A stretch of 64,000 bases of DNA, from contig LT635911.1 of the NCBI GenBank assembly GCA_900128565.1, forward strand, positions 1 through 64,000. Direction: 5' to 3'. The number at the start of each line of letters is the position of its first letter. Position 1 is the stretch's first letter. A model generated the notes under the pieces. It had not been told where the DNA came from. It saw nothing but the letters and a program-made list of their open reading frames with translations, and did not search any database. Shown here one piece after another: positions 1 to 8,622 of the stretch. Source of the DNA: Stramenopiles sp. TOSAG23-6 (taxonomy: Eukaryota). The translations under genes were made by a program, and so were the position numbers.

Positions 1-1509
1 GAAAAGGTGGCAAAATTGGAGCAATATGTAACTGGGGCAATGATCGAGAGAGATGAAGTAAAAAACAATCTCAATAAAGTGAGTTTACTTTCTGCTGCAC
101 ACTCTCAAGAGCTTGAAGATATTCGTAAGCCAAATTCAAAACATAATTTGTCACCCAATGCGAATAATAGAAATAAGTTTGCAATAACAAAATCACTAGG
201 GCATCAGAATGAATATATGCTTACTTTACTTAGTAAATCGGAGGCCACTAAAGATGATTTGAAGACCAACATAAATATACTTCGCCGAGAAGCAAACATT
301 TATAAATCTGCACAAGCACGGCTTAGAGATGGAGTTAATGTAAGTAAGTCAAGAGTTGCCGAGAGTAATATGAGAACAAATGAGTACTATAGATCCATAA
401 AAGACGCGACAGATACATACCTTGAACAAAAATCACATTATATAGCTGAATGTAAAAATGTTCAAGACAAGCTATTAAAACTTCAACAACAAGCAAATAA
501 GCTTACATTTCAAAACTCAGATGACATGGAAAATCTTAAAAACTGGGACAGTATTTCTGAAAGTTTTCAATCTGAAGTCTCAAAGAAATTTCTCGATGAA
601 AATGTAGATAGATCAAAAAAAAAAGATTCAGAGCATAAATTCCACAAGCCACTGAGTAGCCGCAACAAGATGCAGCATATTGCCCAATCGGAGTCATATT
701 ACAATAAACAGTGGACTGAACTATCTGCATTAACAGATGTTCAAAATATTAGTGATTTTGTGAACATATGTATTAAATTTGAAAAAGAAAAGAAACGCAA
801 GTTAGATAGAGTAAGCATTTATCTTGAAAACACACAGAAGATTAGACAACAACAACAAAGAATAAAGAACGAAATCATAAATATAAAATCTCGAATAACA
901 GCAATTACAAATAATGGTAGTAAACAAGAAAGCTTAAGGGCATTTATGTCAGCCAAAGCATTCCAAGATAAAGCAGAGCAAGACGAAAAGAACATTTTGA
1001 AGAAAGAAAAGATTGTAGTTGATGCGATAATGAATGCAACTCAGTCACTATATCAATTATTGAGCAGTTCGCAAGTCTACCTTCACACAGATGTTGAGAG
1101 TATATCTGATTCTGTTGAAATTGTATCTACAAATACAAATGTAAAATCAAGAGTGAAATTATTATTGAAAAACTTTTGTGTAATTGAAAGTATATTGAAT
1201 CATATCCTAGAACCTTATATAATTTTCGAGGAGAACCAGGGTTGTATACCAAATAGAGCAAACTTTAATGTTGATGCCGAACGGAAAAAGCTTAACTCAA
1301 TATTTTCAGACGTATTTAAGAAAGAAGATTGCTGGGTATCTAAAGTGTCTAAAATAATTGCTTCGAAAAGGGTTGCAAGTTTTGATACTGCTTCAAAAAA
1401 CTCAAAAAGTAAACATTTAAGAACGAAAATAGAGGATACAACTTTACCAATTTTACACCATGAAGAGTTGTTACAATCAATGATAGGACGAAAACAGTAT
1501 CTTCTGTAA
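1..1509 (+). CDS. Long coiled-coil protein, probably 5'-partial; possibly outer-dynein-arm docking complex (ODA-DC/CCDC63-114-151)-like
   Basis: Open frame from the window edge to TAA at 1507-1509; heptad-rich; segment WTELSALTDVQNISDFVNICIKFEKE loosely resembles ODA-DC subunits. Confidence 0.4.
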   Translation, partial: EKVAKLEQYVTGAMIERDEVKNNLNKVSLLSAAHSQELEDIRKPNSKHNLSPNANNRNKFAITKSLGHQNEYMLTLLSKSEATKDDLKTNINILRREANIYKSAQARLRDGVNVSKSRVAESNMRTNEYYRSIKDATDTYLEQKSHYIAECKNVQDKLLKLQQQANKLTFQNSDDMENLKNWDSISESFQSEVSKKFLDENVDRSKKKDSEHKFHKPLSSRNKMQHIAQSESYYNKQWTELSALTDVQNISDFVNICIKFEKEKKRKLDRVSIYLENTQKIRQQQQRIKNEIINIKSRITAITNNGSKQESLRAFMSAKAFQDKAEQDEKNILKKEKIVVDAIMNATQSLYQLLSSSQVYLHTDVESISDSVEIVSTNTNVKSRVKLLLKNFCVIESILNHILEPYIIFEENQGCIPNRANFNVDAERKKLNSIFSDVFKKEDCWVSKVSKIIASKRVASFDTASKNSKSKHLRTKIEDTTLPILHHEELLQSMIGRKQYLL

Positions 1510-1529
1510 GTCAGGATAAATTAGATTTA

Positions 1530-1874
1530 TTAAGATTTTAATGCTACACCATGAACAAAAGTATAACAAGCCAAGGAACCATTGGGCGAATGCCATTTCA
1601 CTACAAAACTACCATCAGCAGCACCACCTAGAACAGAAGTTGAAGAATGAAACGCCGTATTCGCATTTTCAATAATATTACTACTTACGAACAATTTAAA
1701 TGGTTTCTGAAGAGCTTGCAACGCTTTTAGACAAGTAATACTAACCTTCTCAGTCAGCTCTTGGACTGTTGATCTATGGAACTCCATATCGCGAAGTTCG
1801 GCTTTTAAAGTATCAGATACAACTGATTTAAAGAGCTCTTTGCACTGCGCAAAACCACTCACTTGTTGATTCAT
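1530..1874 (-). CDS. Tctex-1 family dynein light chain
   Basis: From ATG at 1874, 114 aa: CLKALQALQKPFKLFVSSNIIE...HSSTS...DGSFVVKW...CYTFVHGV fits the Tctex-1 fold; the upstream part of the listed ORF is probably non-coding. Confidence 0.8.
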   Translation of the reverse strand: MNQQVSGFAQCKELFKSVVSDTLKAELRDMEFHRSTVQELTEKVSITCLKALQALQKPFKLFVSSNIIENANTAFHSSTSVLGGAADGSFVVKWHSPNGSLACYTFVHGVALKS

Positions 1875-2238
1875 TGGAAATAACGATAGAAACTTGAGCA
1901 GCTCCTTGAACAAATTACTAAACAAATACACAGAATTTGATATATAGTGGACGTATTGAAACACAGACCAGTTTTGAAACTTTTTTGAAGCGACCTGCGA
2001 GTCAAAAGAGTCAACGTCATCATGATTCATCAACGAAAAGTCAAGTCAAAAAGCCGGCCAACAACGGCCAACCCAAAAACGGCCAATTTCAACGCGAACG
2101 ATCTCACTCGTCCACGGGTAGTAAAAGTCCTGTATTCTATTCGTGCCGCATTTTACAACTCTATAATATTATCATTGTTTCCCTAATATTCTCTGTGGGA
2201 GGATATTAGTACTACGTTAACCTGTGCATATAATCACT

Positions 2239-2766
2239 ATGAGCGATGTATATTATAGAAGAACTCACCGAAATAAAGGTCATCTTTTCCCCGATGTTTC
2301 AGGGACAAATATTCCACCTTCAGTTGCTCAATATATGTGTCTAGCACCTCCAATAGGATTGTGGAATATTGAATACACTGAAAGCGACACCCCGCTTGAG
2401 CGTGTTTTATTTGACAGAGGAGAATATATAATCAATAGTAGTGAAAGTGAGGACGAACTTATTCCTCAAATAGTAATGTCAGATGAGTGGAAGAAACGCT
2501 TTCAGCGCACAGAGGCTACAAGAAGACGAAGAGCAAACGAGCGTAGAAAGGGACAACGCAAAGGAAATCCAAGGAAGCCAGCGTGGAAGCGTGATGACTC
2601 AAAAACGTATGATCCGCGTGATTTGTTACTTGATGCTATCAAAAGATATGGTAGTGAACCTATCGCTCGTAAGATTCTTTCAATGGAAGCGTCACTTCAA
2701 TCAAATTTTGATCGTATGCGTAATGAAACAGGAGCGATGCCCTGGCCCTCAATGCCTCTAACATGA
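2239..2766 (+). CDS. GEMIN8: Gemin8-like protein (SMN complex component)
   Basis: C-terminus YGSEPIARKILSMEASLQSNFDRMRNETGAMPWPSMPL and central MSDEWKKRFQRTEATRRRR match the Gemin8 pattern (YG..A.KI.AME..LQ..FD......WP.IPL) as recalled. Confidence 0.6.
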   Translation: MSDVYYRRTHRNKGHLFPDVSGTNIPPSVAQYMCLAPPIGLWNIEYTESDTPLERVLFDRGEYIINSSESEDELIPQIVMSDEWKKRFQRTEATRRRRANERRKGQRKGNPRKPAWKRDDSKTYDPRDLLLDAIKRYGSEPIARKILSMEASLQSNFDRMRNETGAMPWPSMPLT

Positions 2767-2848
2767 AATTTGATATTGCTTTTATTATAATACCCAAACA
2801 ATTTGATATTTCCTTTATTATAATACCCAAATTAAATATATATAATAG

Positions 2849-4222
2849 TTAAACTGTAATATTTCCAAGTACAAACCTTTTAAGTTTTGCGTCATCACCG
2901 CCAGTTGCCAAAGTATTCGACTGTCGCCAGTCAACACACAGAATTTTACCATCATGAACATCACGAATAATATGAGAAGCACTAGCACGCGATATTTTCC
3001 CTTCTTCCTCTGATTTATTTTTGGGTGTCTTTTTGCCAATGGCACGCATGTCCCATAGGCACATGCTTTTGTCATAAGAAACAGAAGCTAGAAATCTATC
3101 TACCTCCTGGCTTTCTGATTTATCGGCCGGTTGAAAGGATAGCGAAGAGACCCACCCATTATGCCCACCTCGTCTTAATGTGGCACGTGAAATAATATTT
3201 TCTGTCTCTGCCACGTCACGAGTATCCCACAGGCGGATAGCATGATCAGGATGGGCTGAAGCTATAAGCCCGTTTTGACTTACTGCTAATGCAGTGACTA
3301 CTTTACTACAATGAATTACACGAGTGCAACATAATTGATCTATATTCCATATTCTCAGGGAGTGATCCCATGAACCACTCACTAAAGCACTTTTACAATC
3401 TTTGTTTGAAATTCCTTTGTTACCTTCAACCCATGCAATAGCTCCCACACACTGAGTATGGCCAGAGAGCAATGCAAAAGGGGCTAATTCAGAAGTAGTT
3501 GAAGCCTTACGAGCATCTCCTGTCTTTTGTCGTTTCGTTGATGGTCCATCTGAATCTTCAACATCACTTTGAGTTGGCGTATTCCACAGACAAATTGTCC
3601 CGTCATAACATCCACTAGCAAACTTGTTTGATTCTTTTGACATTGCAATAGATTCTACACTATCAGTATGTCCACAGCATACAGCTACTACTGAGAGAGA
3701 ATCTGAAGCAAACTGCCAAAGCACTACTGTTCTGTCCTTCGACGCACTTACAATATAGATTTCTCCATCCGAACCACGATGTGTTGCAATAGCCTTGATC
3801 GGTTGTGTATGATTGGTAGCAGTTGCTAGTGTTTGACCTTTGGTATCAAAAACACGAATAGTACCGTCATAACAGCCAGTTACTAAATGTGTACCAAGCT
3901 GACCGTCGACACAACTTACCCAATCTGGATGTTCTTCAGCTCCATTTTGTTTTGGAGCTTCCGAACGAATAAAGTATTCAAGTGTAAGAATTGACTCAGT
4001 AGATTTACCCACACTCATAAGATGTTCAGCAATTGTACTCTGCAATAGTAGCTCGTCCTCTATGCATAGAATTTGGAATTCCAGCTTTGACATACCGAGT
4101 AAATGGTTTAGGATTTCCGATAAACCTTCCCTAGTTAAAGTAGTAGGTACATCAATCGGGGTGGACGGGACACGCATGTCCTGCATTTTTGTAACAAACT
4201 TCACACGGACAGTCTCCATCAT
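2849..4222 (-). CDS. WDR12: Ribosome biogenesis protein WDR12/Ytm1
   Basis: N-terminal NLE/ubiquitin-like domain (VRVKFVT...LSEILNHLL...STESILTLEY), HPDWVS and WD40 repeats. Confidence 0.92.
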   Translation of the reverse strand: MMETVRVKFVTKMQDMRVPSTPIDVPTTLTREGLSEILNHLLGMSKLEFQILCIEDELLLQSTIAEHLMSVGKSTESILTLEYFIRSEAPKQNGAEEHPDWVSCVDGQLGTHLVTGCYDGTIRVFDTKGQTLATATNHTQPIKAIATHRGSDGEIYIVSASKDRTVVLWQFASDSLSVVAVCCGHTDSVESIAMSKESNKFASGCYDGTICLWNTPTQSDVEDSDGPSTKRQKTGDARKASTTSELAPFALLSGHTQCVGAIAWVEGNKGISNKDCKSALVSGSWDHSLRIWNIDQLCCTRVIHCSKVVTALAVSQNGLIASAHPDHAIRLWDTRDVAETENIISRATLRRGGHNGWVSSLSFQPADKSESQEVDRFLASVSYDKSMCLWDMRAIGKKTPKNKSEEEGKISRASASHIIRDVHDGKILCVDWRQSNTLATGGDDAKLKRFVLGNITV

Positions 4223-4451
4223 TTTATGTACTCTATGCTGATAATTTGCAAAACTAATCTCGTTTTGTTTGCAGAACTATTCTTCACACTTGGCACTACT
4301 GGCACTGACTCTTAGACATGATACCCGGTACCTCAATTGATTTTTTCGATTTTTTCTGACCATCGACCACTCGTATACTCGTCGACCTTTGACACTCTTG
4401 TCTTGAGATTCATTCTCTCGACTCTGTTATTTGATCCACAAACAATATACA

Positions 4452-5019
4452 ATGAAGCTAATCATCGGCATTTTTGCTCTTATGGTCGCGTCTTGTTCGG
4501 CTTCTAACGCTGAAGGTCAAGCGTTCCTTGAAGAAAATGGGAAAAAGGAGGATGTAGTAGTGCTACCATCGGGACTGCAGTATAAAATCTTAAAGTCAGG
4601 ACCGTCACCAGGAAAATCACCAACAGCAGATTCTCCTTGCTCTTGCCACTACAAGGGCACCTTGATTGACGGCACCAAGTTTGACTCCTCATACGACCGT
4701 GGACGCCCAACTACGTTTGCCCCAAACCAAGTCGTAAAAGGCTGGACGGAAGCTATGCAGGTAAGTTTCTTTGTCCTGTCGCTTTGAACTCTACCAATAT
4801 TATGAGTACCTTTATATATTCTAACACATCACTTATTCTTTCGTATATTTATTTTAACAGCTCATGAAAGAAGGCGATACTTGGGAACTCTACTTGCCTT
4901 CCGAGTTGGCTTATGGAGATCGCGGAGCCGGAGCCACCATAAAAGCTGGAGACGTTCTTGTGTTTACTCTTGAAATGATAGAAGTCAAGGGTGGTTCTAA
5001 GATGCTTACAGACAAGTGA
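4452..5019 (+). CDS. Secreted MIP-like FKBP peptidyl-prolyl isomerase; exons 4452-4760 and 4861-5019
   Basis: Signal peptide MKLIIGIFALMVASCSA; LPSGLQY, HYKGTLIDGTKFDSS, VVKGWTEAMQ|LMKEGDTWELYLPSELAYG join in frame across the intron. Confidence 0.93.
4761..4860 (+). other. Canonical GT-AG intron, 100 nt
   Basis: CAG|GTAAGT donor, CTAAC at 4821-4825, TTTTAACAG acceptor; removal restores the FKBP frame. Confidence 0.93.
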
Positions 5020-5218
5020 ATGTGACTCATGTTTCATGTAGTTCAGTGTATATTCGAAGATTGTTTTAGAAAATTCTGATTTGTTACTACATGTAGAGTT
5101 GATTAAGTCTCCTCTCAACTATATAATTGTTGAAAAATTTAACGAAACATATATTGTTGAGAAAGTTAAGGTAGATGTTACTCAAGTAAATTCTTTTACA
5201 CCTTCAATTATTTTTTAT

Positions 5219-6145
5219 TTATGAATCAATATCGCATATAAGATTTGAAATTGGATCTTCACTCGCAAAATCTGCTTCGTTTCGTAAGTCTAAATCTTCA
5301 ATATTTAAATTGTCCTCGTCGAAAGATTTTAGGTCTGCTTCCAAAATAGTTTGACTGATAGTGTTAGAATCATCTTCAGATTCTTCCGACAAAAAAACCC
5401 ACGGCGAAGAGTTCCGTATTGATTCTGTAGATTCTGTATCTGCTATTGCATTATTCATTTCGACGTTGCTTAGACTGTAACACAAATCATTCATATTTTT
5501 CTGTCCAGTGCTTGAATCAGTAGAGTTTGTCTCAACGGCAGTTTTGAGTTTGTCATAGCTTTCCTCACAGATAATAGAAACATGATGAAAATAATTTTTC
5601 CAAAAGTTTTGTTCTTCAACGTACGAATTCATCCCAGTTTTGTTTGCCTTCAATGTAACAACTCGTTGGCTACGTACAAGACGAAACCTTACTTGACCAA
5701 GGCGAGAGTCAAACTTCAATAACATTTTTGCTTGTTCGATATGCAAAGAATCCATTGAAAAATTTACTGTGCTGTCAGTAGGCTGAAGGAAAATTTTGTC
5801 GCTTGTTGAAAGTTTTAGAATTTTCTCCTTGCAAACTTTACTTTCTCTGGCAATATTGGATGGCGCAAGGGCTTTACTAGAAGAGGGGGAAATATTTTCC
5901 CAGGATAGTCCTTTGAGAAATATATTTTTAGGTGAACATTCTACCTCTAAATTCTGTGCATTTAATGTCACCTCTGTCTCTAAATTCTGTGCATTTAATG
6001 TCACCTCCGTATCGTTTTCTCTATCAGATGTTTGTGATCCGATATTTTCTTTTCCACAATGCTTCGACTGTTCTAGCAAAAAATCGTTGTGGGCTTCATG
6101 TATTTTTTCTAAAACTGCTGAAGACTGACGTAGTAACCAATCCAT
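5219..6145 (-). CDS. BSD-domain protein
   Basis: DSRLGQVRFRLV...EEQNFWKNYF is a BSD signature; acidic C-terminus; 27-bp internal tandem repeat near 5946-6006. Confidence 0.75.
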   Translation of the reverse strand: MDWLLRQSSAVLEKIHEAHNDFLLEQSKHCGKENIGSQTSDRENDTEVTLNAQNLETEVTLNAQNLEVECSPKNIFLKGLSWENISPSSSKALAPSNIARESKVCKEKILKLSTSDKIFLQPTDSTVNFSMDSLHIEQAKMLLKFDSRLGQVRFRLVRSQRVVTLKANKTGMNSYVEEQNFWKNYFHHVSIICEESYDKLKTAVETNSTDSSTGQKNMNDLCYSLSNVEMNNAIADTESTESIRNSSPWVFLSEESEDDSNTISQTILEADLKSFDEDNLNIEDLDLRNEADFASEDPISNLICDIDS

Positions 6146-6551
6146 TTAGTCCAATTTCTAAGAAATAAAACTTGAACTTTTGAAAACTGTATCGTACCAG
6201 TCAGTAGGAGTAGACTACTTTTATTTTACACATAAGTGCAATAATGAGAGATTTGAATCACTTAATTTGTTTGTTGAATAGATTTCAAAATATAATGTTC
6301 ACGTTATCGGAATTTCAATTGAAATGAATTTCAATTGAAATGAAATAGTCAAAAAATGAGCTCGAGAGATGGTTGAAAATATCGGCACCCAAATTAGCTA
6401 GGGTTAGGGGTTAGCTCTTAGATTCAGTCTTGAATCTCATATTTGACCCAGCAGCCAGTAAACTTTACTTATCAGATTCTGTCAAGACATTGACCAACGA
6501 AAGTCACCAACCACCACGAATTTATTCTTAATACAAACGTAAAATATAAGT

Positions 6552-7506
6552 ATGGCGAGCGATTCTACAACACCACAAGCATCTCATAAAAATCGTAGCA
6601 AGCTTGGTAAGAAGGCTAATTCTAAGAATGCAAAGAAAGCCAAGCAAAGTCGAAAGGTAAAAGTTAAGTCTAAGAAGACAACCCCAAGCACATCTGTCCC
6701 AACTGTGTCTCGAGTGAGCAAGGCTAAGCTTCTTGCAGCAAAGATATCAAGACAGGAACTTGCAGTTTTGAATAATCCATGTTTTGTATTGGTATCTAAG
6801 CGAGTACGTGCTGCGAAAAAGAAGCTTCAGCGAATAGTTGACTTGGAAAAGTCAAAGGCACAGGGCAAGGAGCTCGATGCTGCACAATTGCAGTCTCTAA
6901 AAGGAAAAAGTCTTGTTGAAACGAAATTGATTGAAGCGGAGAAATTAAAAGAGAACATGATGCAGGCCGCCAAACAACAGGTATTAGCATCAGAGGCTCA
7001 AATGGAAGATGCGATTTCTAAGTTAATCAAATTGTTTGTACTCGCACAACGTAGACCTGATGACTCGTTGTTACAGACTGCTTTGGAGTCTATATTTCCG
7101 TCTCGGATAGTTTCAATTGAGAACGATGTCATGAAAGCAACTAGTCGTGCATTGATGTTCATTGAAAATTCAGAAGCGACTATTAATCGTCATAAAAAGA
7201 TGGAAGAACATGTGACTTATAAAAGTATTTCTGAACATGTTTCCTCTGTTGCAAAAGAAGTACAAGAAGAGGAAGTGACAGCGGCAGAAGAACTTGTAAA
7301 GAAGGAAAAGGAGTCGAAGGAAAAGGAGACAATTGCGGTGAATAAATATGTTTCCGCTGATGATGTCGAAGCTATCGAAAAGGATTCTCTTCCCATTAGC
7401 AAAGACTATATTCATGTAAATTCCACTGAAGTTAAGGCTCAAATGAATTTAAACTCTAAAACGAAATCTCAACGTCGTCAGGGAAAGCGACAGAATGAGC
7501 AAAAGC

Positions 7507-7550
<44 letters not shown>

Positions 7551-8105
7551 CTTAATTGGCAACAAATGCAACAACAGGAATTTGTAGAAGAAGTAAATGT
7601 TTCTCTTGTAACTGGAGAATTAGAAAATAATTATAATCATGAAACTTGTACTAACATTAATGATACGCAAGAAATTAATGCATCTACTGGTTGGAATGAC
7701 GTTGTGACATTAGGTGGATGGGATGCTGCTCTACAATCAGAATGTGACGTGAATCAGAATATATCTATTCCACCAAAGCCACATTCTAAAACCAAACTCA
7801 ATGGAAAACAAAATGGAAAACAAAATGGAAAACAAAATTTTAAACAAAATTTTAAACAAAATGGAAAACAAAATGGAAAACAAAAACAAACAGGAAAACA
7901 TTCTGCAAAACAACAGCCGCGGAATGCTTCTCAAAACGTATCCAAACAACGTGGTGCATCTCGACGCGGAAATAGATCTTATGGGCGTGGAAAAGGTAAA
8001 GGTGATAATCGGCAAGGTGGAGAAAATGGTCAGTTGAATCACAAATTTCAAAAGAAAAACACCAATAAGCGAACTTCATCACCTAAGAAGTCAACTAATG
8101 TATAG
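6552..8105 (+). CDS. Caprin-like RNA-granule protein (coiled coil, polyQ, RG-rich tail)
   Basis: KRVRAAKKKLQRIVDLEK...GKELDAAQLQSL resembles the Caprin HR1 N-terminal helix pair; polyQ; NGKQ repeats; RG-rich end. Confidence 0.5.
7506..7550 (+). repeat. (CAA)n microsatellite encoding polyQ
   Basis: Direct inspection; 12-bp AAATGGAAAACA-type repeats also lie at about 7800-7885. Confidence 0.9.
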
Positions 8106-8622
8106 ATTATATGACCTTTACTTCATTGATCGCAGAAACTGATGCTATGCGAGGAAGTGTTAATGAATATGCGTTTATTTGATAAATTAGTACTGCTATT
8201 ATGTTTTACTATCTTGGAATTTATTTATATGTTAAAATTAAAAAATCCCAAATTATTATACTGTATTCATTATGAATGTCTTTTCGATTATACACTTTCA
8301 AAACATATTTTTTAAAATTTATCGGCTCATAAAACCCCGTAGTAGAACATTGTATGTTATTAATGTTAATGCTAAAGAATACAAGAGGAGGAACTGAAAG
8401 TCAGCTACAGTATAGGACTATTGTAGCAAATTCGGAATTTTTTAATAGTAGCAAAATTTGACGTCATCAAATTCAAAATGAGGTTTTCTTTCTGCATTGT
8501 CGTGACTCCAAGACTCATGGTCAGTCACTCACACATAAATTATTATTTTCATTCATCACCATGGGCAAGATTAAGCTTGCAAGTTAGCACACTTAAGCCA
8601 ATTGTATTTTGTTACGAGGAAT

